Assembly (NCBI GenBank): GCA_013416795.1
Contig: RQSC01000021.1
Location: 62,001 to 126,000 of the forward strand
Direction of reading: 5' to 3'
DNA: 64,000 nucleotides
From: Prasinococcaceae sp. CCMP 1430
Lineage: Eukaryota > Plantae > Prasinodermophyta
The stretch's first letter is position 1. Each line of letters begins with the position of its first letter. A model generated the notes under the pieces. That model worked only from the letters and a program-made list of their open reading frames with translations. It was not told where the DNA came from and made no database searches. A program made the translations under genes and the position numbers. This document shows positions 33,948-44,196 of this stretch, in pieces.

Positions 33948-34739
33948 CTACTGCGGCGGGGGCGGCCCCGGCGGCGGCCGCATGCCCGCGGGAGGGAAGC
34001 CCCCGGGAGGGGCTCCAGGCGGCGGGAACCCGGGCGGCGCGAACCCCGGCGGCGGCACGCCCGGCGGCGGGAATTGCGGCGGCGGCCCACCTGCGAAGGG
34101 AGGCATACCTGGAGGGGGCATGCCAGGCATGCCTGCAAACGCGCACAGCGCCGCGAGCAGGGGGGTGGGTGTCAGCGACGAAGGCCACGCGCATCGCTCC
34201 ATGAGCGCAAACGCGTCCGCCACAAGGACCGCTCGCAAGCGTGGCCAGCACGCATGGCACAGCTGTAGATAGCAGCGCGTTCGATCGAGCGCAAACGCGA
34301 GCAAAGGGCGCGTTGCCCGCCGGAGCACTCGACTTGGCGGGAGCCACCCACGTGCGACCTCGCGATGCGCTTTCAAGGTCTCCCCTGGCATGGCAGGGGA
34401 CGGCAGCACGCGCGGCGACCCATCGCGCATGTGTTCGTGCACGCGTCCTCGCAGTGGTTTCTCGCCGCGCCCGCGCGGAAAGTTAGGGTTGGCTTGAGCT
34501 CGGGCATTCGTACCTGGAGGAGGCATGCCGGGCATCCCCGGCGGGGGCATGCCCGGGGGGGGCATACCACGCCCGTACGCCATCGGCGCGCCAGCGGCCT
34601 GCGAAGATGCAATCGCGCACCAGAGCGGGTCAGCTTGCGGCGTTTGGCGCCGCGGCCAGCCGCTGGATGCGCACGCGCAGGCCGAGCGCGGCCGGCGGCG
34701 CTTCGCGGACGCACCTGTGGCTGCATCGCGGCAGGCGCC
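33948..34739 (-). CDS. SNRPB: C-terminal part of snRNP core protein SmB/B' (Pro/Gly/Met-rich tail); Sm domain missing at the single-n join 34740
   Basis: Exons 34715-34739, 34514-34598, 33948-34132 splice in frame: APAAMQPQ-AAGAPMAYGRGMPPPGMPPPGM...GMRPPPGPPPPQ*. MQPQ plus PPPGM repeats are typical of SmB tails. Confidence 0.6.
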   Translation of the reverse strand, partial: GACRDAATGASAKRRRPRSACACASSGWPRRQTPQADPLWCAIASSQAAGAPMAYGRGMPPPGMPPPGMPGMPPPGTNARAQANPNFPRGRGEKPLRGRVHEHMRDGSPRVLPSPAMPGETLKAHREVARGWLPPSRVLRRATRPLLAFALDRTRCYLQLCHACWPRLRAVLVADAFALMERCAWPSSLTPTPLLAALCAFAGMPGMPPPGMPPFAGGPPPQFPPPGVPPPGFAPPGFPPPGAPPGGFPPAGMRPPPGPPPPQ

Positions 34740-34740
34740 N

Positions 34741-34938
34741 ACGGCCGCGACCACGGCCTCTGCCCCGGCCCCTACCACCACCTCGACCGCCATGCGCACC
34801 ATAGCCGTCGTCGTATTCGCCGTTGTAGCCGCCGTCGTAATCGCCCATGTGCATGCCGTGAGGCGCATCTAGTGCGCCCATGCCCATGCCCATCCCCATG
34901 CCCATGCCCATGCCACCGCCACCGCCACCGCTGCCCAT
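34741..34938 (-). CDS. Gly/Met-rich RG-repeat fragment abutting the n at 34740
   Basis: MGSGGGGGGMGMGMG...GDYDGGYNGEYDDGYGAHGGRGGGRGRGRGRGRGR. Not in frame with the SmB exon if the n is a single base. Confidence 0.35.
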
Positions 34939-35584
34939 GCCAAAGGCCCCTGGACCCCGCCGGCCGCCCTAGCCCGAGAGCCGGCTCGCTCGAGCATGCG
35001 CGCGCCCGCATGCATGTGCATGTGCCTACAGAGGTGCGGTGCCGGTCCTGGGGAGCACAGATAGACCCGGACATATCCCCCCTCGAGACCCCGACCAAAG
35101 CCTCGGAAGCTCGATAGACCCGGTCTATTTTACCCGCCGACGCGTCGGCGAGGAACAACAGAAAAAGCGAGACAAAAAAACGGAAACGCTCTTCCGTGCG
35201 TTTGGCCCGGAGAAAATGCGCGTTCCCCGAAGTGAAGGGGCCGCGACACGCAATGGCCGCTGCTGCGCCCGGGGCGCGGGCGCGGGCGCGCAAAGTGGCG
35301 CGCGCCAGGGGGCGCCGGGCGAGGCGGCCGCAAGGGGGAGCGGGAGAGGTGGAGGGGATGGGGTGAGGGCGGGGGCGTGAGGAAGAGGATGGGGGGGGGG
35401 GGTTGCCCCCGTGGAACGCCGCCGCCGCCGCCGCCGCCACATGCATGCGGCGACGCCTCGGGACGCACCGACGGGCGGCGGCGCGGCCAGGCAGCCGAAG
35501 GGGCACACGCGGCCGTTTCTGTGGGCGTGCAGGCAAACGCAAGGCACACCCGCACCCGCGCGCGCCTCTTCGCGCGCGCGCGCC

Positions 35585-36005
35585 ATGTCAGGCAAGACGT
35601 ATGTCAGCCCATACGCCGCGGCGCCGCCGGGGTCGTCTGCCGAGTTCATGGGCATCGACAAGATGCTGCAGCGCAGGCGCGTCGAGAAGATTGCGCAGGC
35701 CGAGGCGGCGCGCGACAGGCTCACGCGTTTCGAGAAGCTCGCCGACCCAAACAACGACGAAATGCAGAGGATGATCAAAGAGGTGCGCTTGGAAGAGCGC
35801 TCCGTGGCCTGGCACCCTCGCCCCCGGCCGGGACGGTCGCCAAAGAGTGCTGACTGCTGACTTGCTATCGCACTCATGTGCACACGTACAGATGCGTGAG
35901 ACCACGGAGCTGCTCGAGCGCAACAGCGGCATGCACCAGGCGGTGCCGCCGCCCGCTGATAACGAGCGCGTCATCGACCGCGAGCGCGGCTTTTTCATTC
36001 CGTGA
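35585..36005 (+). CDS. Small hypothetical protein (103 aa), 2 exons
   Basis: Exon 1 35585-35782, intron 35783-35891 (GTGCGC...TACAG), exon 2 35892-36005; phase-0 join MIKE-MRETTELL...RGFFIP*. Confidence 0.6.
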
Positions 36006-36206
36006 GCACAGGAGCGCCGATGGCGGCGCGTGCACTCGCCTCGCATGTTCGACGCTTAGGTGGCAGGCGAGTGAGCAAGCGCGCGCTTGAGAACAGCATA
36101 AGTGTGCATTCAAGGCACCAATGTGCACGTCCAGGAGTCACAGTCGCGGCGCTCGTCAGAGCAGCTGGCGCGGGCCGCGGCACCCGAGCGCATCACGCCA
36201 CCTTGT

Positions 36207-38427
36207 TCACTTCTTGATCGGCGCTGAAGGGGCGATAAGCCCCAAGAGGCAGAGCCTGGGCTCGACGGCGCACATCAGGCGCGAGCACACGGATGTACCC
36301 GGCGGAATGAGGTAGATGCGGCGACCGTCGGTGGTCTCGACGAGCCCCGCACGCCCCTTGCGCGCGAAGTAGTCGACGAATTTCGCGAATGCGCGCCGCT
36401 CGTGCTCGACGTCGTGGCCGGCGGCGCCGTTGGCAGCAGCGTCCGGTGCAGGCGCGATGCGGCAGAGGGCCTGCTGGCCCACGCCAGCTCCGGCGCGCGC
36501 GACGGTGCCGAGCACGTGGTTGAGGTCGGCGCGCTTGACCACGTCCAGCGACGACGGCCACGCCCTCGGCTCGTCGAAGCCCACAGCGCGCCGCGACTCG
36601 TCCAGCACCACCTCGCAGTGCGCCACCAAGGCGCCTGACTTGTGCAGGTCAACGTATGTGGGCTCCACATCGGCCATCTTGACGTCGGCGGCGGTCGCGT
36701 CCAACCCAGCAGTTGCTGTTGGTGCGGCAGCGGCGGGGGCTGCCTGAGCAGCGCCAACGGCAGCGGCGGCAGCTGGCGGCGCCGGCGCCAGCCCTGTAGT
36801 GGGCGCGCCTGGTCCAGGCGCCGGGGGCGCGGCCGGCGCTGCTGGCGCGTAGCGATTGGTGAGCGTGCCCTCCCGCGTGGGCAGCACCATGGCGGTGAGC
36901 CAGTGCCTTGGCGCGATCTCGAAGCGGTCGAGCAAACGCACCGCGTGCGATGCGAGCGCCGCACTGCCGAATTCGAGCTGCGCCTCAGGTGGGTCGCCCG
37001 GGTGGAACGGCGCGATCACGCGCAAGGAAGCGGGCTGCGGCGCGCCGTGGTCGGCGAGCGCGCGCCGAAGCGCGCGCTCGTGGTGCACGTCCACGACCCC
37101 CACGGGCAGATTGCCGACAGAGACGATGACCGCGGGCGGCGCAGCGCCCGAGGCAGTAGCTGCGGGAGCGGGCGCAGGCGGAACCCCTGCAGATGAAGGC
37201 GACGGTCGGGCGCCGCCCATCACCGAAGCACCCGCATGCACAGCGGAGGTAGGAGTCGCACCTGTAGCGAGAACCGGTGTTGCATCGGCGGAGGTCGGTG
37301 TGGGCGCGGACTGGGTCGCAGGCGTGGGTGCGGCAGGCCCGTCCAGGTCGGCCGCTCCGAAGCCGGGCGTCGCTCGCAGCATCGCCGTGACCTCATCAGG
37401 GAGCTCCGCGCCCTCGCCACGGGCGCGACGGACGAGCGCCGCGAGGTGCCCCTGGGGCATCGCTGCCGCCGCCGTGAGGGCAGCGCGCTCGTCACTGGCT
37501 TTGCAATCGTCCCCGCGACTTGTCGCGCCCGCGACGGAGCGGCGTGCGGCGGCGGCGGCGGCGGCGAAGGGTTGTCTCGAGATCCCGGCGGCAGAGAATG
37601 CCGCGCTGAGCTGAGCCTCGAGCCTCGCGACGACCTCAAACTGAGCCTCGGCAGCGGCGAGTGCGCTGCGATGCGCGCGCGAGGCGTCGGTTCGCGCGGT
37701 GGCCACCGAGGCGGCCGTGTCGGAAGACTTGACGGGGTGATCGCCACCGAGCGCCGCCAGCGCCGTGGCTTGCGCCCTGTGCGCGCCATCGAGCGCAACC
37801 TCGACGAGCCGCTCGAGCGCGCCGCGCGCAGCATCGGAGAGTGCGGCCTCCGCACCAGATGCAGGCGCGATCAGGCCGCGCAGACGGTCAACGGATCCGA
37901 CATTTCCATCCTCTAGGAGCAAATCGGCCGCGCTTCGTCCCCCCACCGTGCCACCGTGCGCAGCAACGGCGAGCAACGTGTCTGCGAGCGCGGCGCCATC
38001 GGCGGCGGGCGCGGTGGCGCTGGCGCCCGCGACCGCCGGGACTGCGTCGGCGGCGATCCGCTCGCGTTGCGCCTCCGGACGCGTGCGCGTGCGCGCGCTG
38101 TGCCCTCGCGGCCGCCGGCGGCCGCGCCACTGGCCGGCGTTTCGGTTTCGCCTCGGAGGCAACTCTGGTTAGGGTTGTGTTTGGGGTTAGGGTTGGGCGC
38201 GTTTCGTGCGTGCCACGTCATGACATGTCATCACGGGCGCATTGACAAGCCGTGACATCCTCGCTCCGTCGAAGAGCAGGAGCACGGGCAAGGAGCGGCC
38301 AGTGCCGTTCGATGCTGGCGTCGGGAGATGCTCGAGCGTCTCGGGCGTGCTCGCGGACGACTTGGCCGTGCTGCTGCGCACGTATGTTACGGTGGTCAAG
38401 GCGGCCGTGCCGAGATCGCGCACCCAT
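36207..38427 (-). CDS. RRM + SPOC domain protein (FPA/Spen-like), 653 aa; the first coding exon is only 4 nt
   Basis: ATGG at 38427-38424, intron 38165-38423 (GTGCGC...CCCTAACCAG), giving M-E-LPPRR. RRM-like VSVGNLP...AQLEFGS.A.A..AV..L. SPOC-like ERRAFAKFVDYF..K.RAGLV....RRIYLIPP. Confidence 0.7.
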
Positions 38428-38460
38428 CGGCCACTGCCTCAAATATCGAGAACCTGCGCT

Positions 38461-38946
38461 CTACTTCGTGTCGGCAGGCGCCTTTGCAGTAGTCTCGGCG
38501 GGAGGAGGAGGGGTGGCGTCGGTAGTGGGGGCACCTCCGAGCGCGGACTGCGCGGCGCCAACGGCGCTCTCTGCGTGCGCCCTGGTGACCTGCTCGCCGC
38601 CGGCCTTGTCGATCGCCCCGACGACGGCCTCCTTGTTTTCCGCGAGCGCTGCCGATGCCGCGCTCTTCATTTCGGCCATCGAGTCATCTCCTCCTGTGGC
38701 GGCGCTCCCGCCGCCCTCGGCCTTCTTGGCACCGCCCATGCCAGGAACGACCTTCTTCACCCTGCCGGGGTCGCGCGCGCGCGCGGGCGTCAGCTGATGG
38801 CGCCTGCCCGCCCAGTGGCCCGCCGCGCCGGGGGCGCGCCGCAAAAATACGGCGTGAAAACAGTCATTGGTGCGCACGATCGTGCCAGCCGCGCTGCTCT
38901 GCCACACGCCGCGCCTGCTCACGCACATGCCCATGAGCGAGTCCAT
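38461..38946 (-). CDS. Small hydrophilic Ala/Gly-rich protein (106 aa, LEA-like composition), 2 exons
   Basis: Exon 1 38927-38946, intron 38762-38926 (GTGCGT...GGCAG), exon 2 38461-38761; join MDSLMGM-VKKVVPG. Confidence 0.65.
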   Translation of the reverse strand: MDSLMGMCVSRRGVWQSSAAGTIVRTNDCFHAVFLRRAPGAAGHWAGRRHQLTPARARDPGRVKKVVPGMGGAKKAEGGGSAATGGDDSMAEMKSAASAALAENKEAVVGAIDKAGGEQVTRAHAESAVGAAQSALGGAPTTDATPPPPAETTAKAPADTK

Positions 38947-39661
38947 GGCTGTCGGCTGTGCGTGCGACGCGGCACGTGCGCGCTGAGGGTCGGAGCGGGG
39001 GCGCAGCAGGGGGGCGCCGGCGGGTCGCAGAAGTGGGCGCTTGTACGCTGCGAGCTGTGCGCGGCGTGTGGCTGGCGCGCGCGTGCGCGATTTTTGTGCC
39101 CGGAGCCATCTTGTCGTCGGTTCGACAATGCGTCCCAGATTCGCTCGTCCAGACCGCGTCAAAGCGATGCGGAAGGCCATTGAAACTTGGGACCGCGCGC
39201 TGCTCGCGCGCTGCCCCCCGGGTGCAGGGGACAGGTGGCAGATTTTGGCGTCATCGATGGTTTGGATTGATTTTGATACGAGCAACTGCGGATTTGTTGC
39301 CACGTCACCAATTCTGTGGTGCCATCAGATGGTGGTGCTGCAGCAATTGCACAAATGCGGCCTGCAGCGGCCAGGCGCGGGCGATGGCGCGGGCCGCCGC
39401 GCGCCGCGGTGCATGCGCGGCTCTCTCGCGAGGCGGGCCACACACGCGCGCGCTTGCGCACTGCTTGACTGACGCCACTCACGCAAGCCCCGTCGTCGTC
39501 GTCGGCCTCCCCGTCCAGCCTGCCTGCCCGCGTCACCCTCCCCCTGCGCCGCCTGCCCTCGTTGCTCGACAGCGGGGTCAACCTGGCTGACGCCGGCGCT
39601 GTTGGCTGCTGTTGAGATCGACCCTCTTTGGAATCGCCAGCGGCGGAAGCACCGTCGCGCA

Positions 39662-40417
39662 ATGCTATCGCTCGCGTCCCTTGTCCTCGCATGCTTCCTC
39701 GCCGCGCATCCCGCGCAACGCGTGTCAGCGGCGGACTGCGAGGTTGATTTCACGCCCGCGCAACCCACAGGCAACGCAATCGACTGTGGGGGATGCAACT
39801 TCAGACGCGACGCGAATGGAGTGCTGTACCGCAACAGAAACGCCGATGGCGGCCTCGCGTGCCCCGGCTGCACCTCGCTGCCTCTGTTCGGCTTCGTCAT
39901 CACGGGCTTTGCCCCCAACGTCTTTTGCTCTCTCGACGAGGTGGTGGAGATGGATCTCTCAGACAATGCCATCGGGAGCATCCCGTCGGAACCATTCGAA
40001 GAGATGTCCGCGCTGAAGACCCTGAAGCTGCACTCGAACGGCATGCGCGCGTTGGACAGCAATGCGTTCGACGACCTGAATGAGCTGGTCAACCTGACGC
40101 TACACGACAACGTGCTCGAGCCGGCGGGCGCTGGCATGCCATACGGTCTCTTCGACGACACGAAGGCGCTCGAGAACCTCGAACTGAACGACAACCCCAC
40201 GCTCAACGGGACGCAGGCTTTCGTGTCAGGGATTTTCGCCAACTTGCTGGAGTTGACCTCCATTGACATGCCTGAAGATTCGTGCGTCCCTACGGACTCG
40301 CCGCAGAATGTACTCGTGGCAATAGCTGCGAATGATCCCACCCTGCCAGGATGCATCGCGACGCCCGTGTCGCCGCCAACGGACGCCCCCGTCCCTCAAC
40401 CGGCCGCCTCTGGATGA
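39662..40417 (+). CDS. Secreted leucine-rich-repeat protein (251 aa)
   Basis: Signal peptide MLSLASLVLACFLAAHPAQRVSA, Cys-rich N-cap, typical-class LRRs (MDLSDNAIGSIP, LKLHSNGMRALDSNAF, LTLHDNVL, LELNDNPTL). No TM. Confidence 0.8.
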   Translation: MLSLASLVLACFLAAHPAQRVSAADCEVDFTPAQPTGNAIDCGGCNFRRDANGVLYRNRNADGGLACPGCTSLPLFGFVITGFAPNVFCSLDEVVEMDLSDNAIGSIPSEPFEEMSALKTLKLHSNGMRALDSNAFDDLNELVNLTLHDNVLEPAGAGMPYGLFDDTKALENLELNDNPTLNGTQAFVSGIFANLLELTSIDMPEDSCVPTDSPQNVLVAIAANDPTLPGCIATPVSPPTDAPVPQPAASG

Positions 40418-40659
40418 TGCGTACGCATGACAATGCATGCGGGTCTGAACGCACACTTGACGCCAGCACCCTGTACGGCGTCGACCGCCGACGCGCAACA
40501 GCGCTCGCTCTTCTCGAGAGCGCTCCGTAAGATGCACGCGACTGCGCCGAGCTCTCACGTAGGTAGGGAGCTAGCTAGGGACAGGCCCCCCTCCGTCGCG
40601 AAGCAGCTACAGCGTGGTGGGCCTTGCGCGAGCGGGTTTCGTCGTAGTGTTTTGGGGAT

Positions 40660-42939
40660 TTACTCTGGATTTGCGTTTGCGTTCTCGGCCAGAATCTGTC
40701 TCAGCTCAGCGATTGCGAGGTCGACCCGGGCCGAATCTCCCTGCATTGTGTTCCAGTCCTCAGTCAAGATGTCTAGTCGCTTGTACTTCCTGCGACACTC
40801 GTCCAGGCAAGGGATGAAGCCCTCGCACACCATCTGCTGCACGATGACGACAAGCTGCAAAAGCTTCCCGCGTGCGTCAGTCAGCGATACGATAACTTCG
40901 TCGACCTCATCGAAAAGCCGCTCCATCTTGCGGTCGTAGGAGTTCTTGGCCTGGTTGTCATCGCCGTCGTCGGACGCCCGCTTGCCATTCTCAAGAGAGC
41001 CTGCTCTGTACTTGCGCATGTTTTGGTCGTCTTTCGATCCGCTCACCGACTGGATGATGGTGATCTTCTCGCGCAACGCCTCGATGCTGTCGTCGAGCCC
41101 ATTCTCCAGGTCCCTTATCTTCCGCACGACCTCACCAAGGAACATGTCGTGATCCTTCACCACCTCGGTGAGTTCGTGGAACTGAGGCGCGAGCTTCTTA
41201 CCACACTCGCTGCTGGTCTTGCGCTTCTTAAAGTCCACCCACTGCTGCGTGAAGTTGGCGCCAATCACCGAGATTGGCAGCGCCAGGATGAGCACCGACA
41301 CCAGCATGGTGACGGAGGCCACAATCTTGCCCAGCACAGTCACCGTGTTAGCATCGCCGTACCCGACGGTCATCAGCGTCACCATGCACCACCAGAACGC
41401 GTGCGGGATGGACTGGAAGTAGTCGTAAGTACACAAGTCAACACACCCACCCAGCTCCCCTGTGTAGTTCGCCGGCACGGTCCCCTCGTCTAGGCACCAC
41501 TGCGCCTCCGCGGGGCAGTCGTGGTGCCCCTGTTCGGCAAAGTACGCGAGCGTGCTGAAGATGATGATCGACAGCACCAGCAGGAACATCATCATGGCGA
41601 GCATGTCCAGACTGTCCACCATCGCGGACGACACCACCTGCAGCTTTTCAAACTTGCCGCCGAGCTTGAGGATGCGGAAGACGCGCACGAGTCGCACAAT
41701 GCGCAGCACTCGCGTGCCCTTCAGATCGAGCTGTGCCGCCGCCAGCTCGACGTAAAATGGCAGCACTGCGACCACGTCGATCCAGTTCAGGTACGAGCTG
41801 AAGAACTCTTTGAAGCTGGGGCACGACGCGAGCTTGACGGTGAGCTCGATCGTGAATACAACGATGCTAAAGAGCTCAATGTACTCCAGCGACGGAAGCG
41901 GCTCCTCGTTCTCGTCCTGGAATTGGCTCATCGTCTCCATGCAGAAGGTCACGCTGCCTATCATGATTAGCAGCAGGATCAAGAGCGAGATGGCCATGGC
42001 CAGCCTGCTCGACTCGGGCTCTGACATCAGGTCCCACACGCGCACGCGCACGACCTCGAGCAACTGGGCCGTCGGCTTCTTCTCGCCGTCGTCGGTGAGC
42101 GACTTTCGAGAAATCTTCATCTGGCCGATGTCGTCCTTGCTAAGTCCCTGCACGGACTCTAGATACGCGAGTGTCGGGGCACTCAAGCGCCGCGTCGACA
42201 TGCCCACCTCTGGCGCTTGCTCGCTCTGCGTGCTGGGACTTCCCCCACCTGCTCCACCGTCGCGAGCGGTCCCGCCTCCACCGTTGTGCCCGCAATCGTC
42301 CTCGCCCCCGCCGTTGGCGCCAAAGGCACCGCCGCCGACCTTTGACCTGCGTTGCGTCATGTTCGACACCACCTCGCCCGCGTACTCGTACAAGGCGTAC
42401 ACTCGCTGCAGTTGGCGTGAGCGCTTCTCCTCGATCACAGCCTTCGTCTCGAGCATCCTCAGCAGGTCGAAGGACACGCGCTGGATCGAGGAGAGCTGCG
42501 GGGGGTCACGGTCGCTCTTCGCGCTCGCCATCGACGGGTCGAAGGCCCCGCCCGCATCTGAGCCGAAGATCGAGCTCGCGCCCCCGGCACCAGCGCTCGA
42601 GGGCATGTCGCTCGTGTCGGAGTCGGCAAGGACTTGCATGGCCGCTTGCCGCACGTGTGTGTCGGTGCTCGATGCGCTGTCCTGCGAGAGCTCGGAGCTG
42701 CTAGCATCGCTCACGTTTTCGTTTCGCCGCCGGCCGAGCCGGCCGAGCATGCCGGCGAAGAAGCCGGTGCTGCGCGAGGCGGCCATACCTCGCCGCGCGT
42801 TGGCCTTTGTCTCGCGGGCCTTCACGCGCTTGTCGAGACGCGATTCCTTTCGGGGGTCTCCCGTCTCCGAGTCGTCCGGTTTGTCAGCAGCCTCCTCCAC
42901 CGCGCGCTGTATCGCCAGGATGCCCGAGACGAACGCCAT
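40660..42939 (-). CDS. Voltage-gated K+ channel (6TM, animal Kv-like, no CNBD), 759 aa
   Basis: S4 RVLRIVRLVRVFRILKL, pore AFWWCMVTLMTVGYGD, S6 ILALPISVIGANF, C-terminal coiled coil. ATG at 42939. Confidence 0.92.
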   Translation of the reverse strand: MAFVSGILAIQRAVEEAADKPDDSETGDPRKESRLDKRVKARETKANARRGMAASRSTGFFAGMLGRLGRRRNENVSDASSSELSQDSASSTDTHVRQAAMQVLADSDTSDMPSSAGAGGASSIFGSDAGGAFDPSMASAKSDRDPPQLSSIQRVSFDLLRMLETKAVIEEKRSRQLQRVYALYEYAGEVVSNMTQRRSKVGGGAFGANGGGEDDCGHNGGGGTARDGGAGGGSPSTQSEQAPEVGMSTRRLSAPTLAYLESVQGLSKDDIGQMKISRKSLTDDGEKKPTAQLLEVVRVRVWDLMSEPESSRLAMAISLLILLLIMIGSVTFCMETMSQFQDENEEPLPSLEYIELFSIVVFTIELTVKLASCPSFKEFFSSYLNWIDVVAVLPFYVELAAAQLDLKGTRVLRIVRLVRVFRILKLGGKFEKLQVVSSAMVDSLDMLAMMMFLLVLSIIIFSTLAYFAEQGHHDCPAEAQWCLDEGTVPANYTGELGGCVDLCTYDYFQSIPHAFWWCMVTLMTVGYGDANTVTVLGKIVASVTMLVSVLILALPISVIGANFTQQWVDFKKRKTSSECGKKLAPQFHELTEVVKDHDMFLGEVVRKIRDLENGLDDSIEALREKITIIQSVSGSKDDQNMRKYRAGSLENGKRASDDGDDNQAKNSYDRKMERLFDEVDEVIVSLTDARGKLLQLVVIVQQMVCEGFIPCLDECRRKYKRLDILTEDWNTMQGDSARVDLAIAELRQILAENANANPE

Positions 42940-44196
42940 CGCTGAAGTCCCGCAGCCGGAGCTCGCCGCGGCGCCTGTCACGCGTGCGCGCCCTCAGGCG
43001 CGCGCTCAAGGTGGGCGCGCGCCCGGTTGCCGCTGCCGCAGCCCACGCGGCGGGCGCCCTCGCAGGGGCCGCGGTCCGGCCGGGACGCCCTTGGCCAGGC
43101 CGAGCTATCAGTCTCGTCACTCTCGAGGGAGAATCCCACTCGATGGCGCGGGCGCCCGCGTCTGTCCCTGACCCGCCGCGCGCCACCCAGGCACTCGCCT
43201 CGCGGCTGTTTTGCTCCCCGGCCCGCCCGCCCGCTCCCGCTCCGGGAGGAGGCCAGCACCGACAGGCGGCGGCCGCCGCCCCGCGTTCACGCGCCGTTGG
43301 CCCTCCCCCCCCGCCCCTCCCCTCCCACGCGTGCGCAGTGCGGCGCGCATGAGCTGGTAGCGCCGCGCCGGCCGCCTCCCCCCACCCACGCGAGCTCAGC
43401 ACCCCCGCCCTCCCTTCCCCGCGCCCCCTCGCTTGCGCGCCGGCGTTCGCCCCGCTGGCGGGGCGCGCCGCGGCGCGGGCGTTCCTTCTCCCCCCATGCA
43501 CAGAGTATGCCGGCCAGGCGACGGCGGCGTGTGTTCCGCTTGCGGTCGCGGCCGCAGGCCCGGAGAAAGGCCCCCTCTTCGCCCCGCCCCCTTTTCGCGC
43601 GGCGGTTGCGGGTCGCGGCTCCGAATTCGGCTGCGCTCCGCTCCGCGCGCCCCTTCGCGGCCGACGCACGCACGCCGGCGCTGTCGGGCCCGCGCACCCC
43701 ACCCACACCCAAGCTGGTGCACACCCTTTTTTTGGTTTTGTTTTGTTTTTTGGCACCCCTCCGCCGCATGCGAATGGCCGTCCAATCGAGGTCGAACGCG
43801 ACTGGGTGGGAGGAAGCAACGCAACGCAACGACTCTTTTTTTTTTTTTTTGGCCGCGCGGCAGAGCGACGTGATGCGTGGATCGCCACCGCCTCGTGTCC
43901 GGACTGGAAGATGGAAATTCGCTCGCGCGGGCCGCCAGGTTGTTAGTTCTCGCGTCGATGCGTGCGCGGCGGCGGGCGGCGGCGCACGCCACACGGCGAG
44001 CGGCACGCGCCAAGCGCGAGAGAGAGAAGAGAGAGGGGGGGGGGAAGGGGGGCTCGGGCCCTCGGAAACTACTTGCTGTCGCTCGCGTGCTTCCGCCACC
44101 GTCGCCGGCGGCGGCGGTGGCGGCGGGCGCGGGCAGCGGCGCTGCGCGGGCGCGGGCGCGGACGAGAGCAGGGGGCACGCGCTGCTGCCGAGCGGG

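Noticed and set aside
35060-35128. Repeated GATAGACCCGG with a short ATAGAC-CCG-GTCTAT hairpin
   Set aside because: Too short to distinguish from chance or a simple promoter element; no TSD or TIR pair supports a mobile element.
43027-44196. N-terminal 390 aa of the 792-aa ORF 43027-45405
   Set aside because: Low-complexity GC-rich intergenic sequence with T-runs and an alternative start. The plausible gene begins at ATG 44197.
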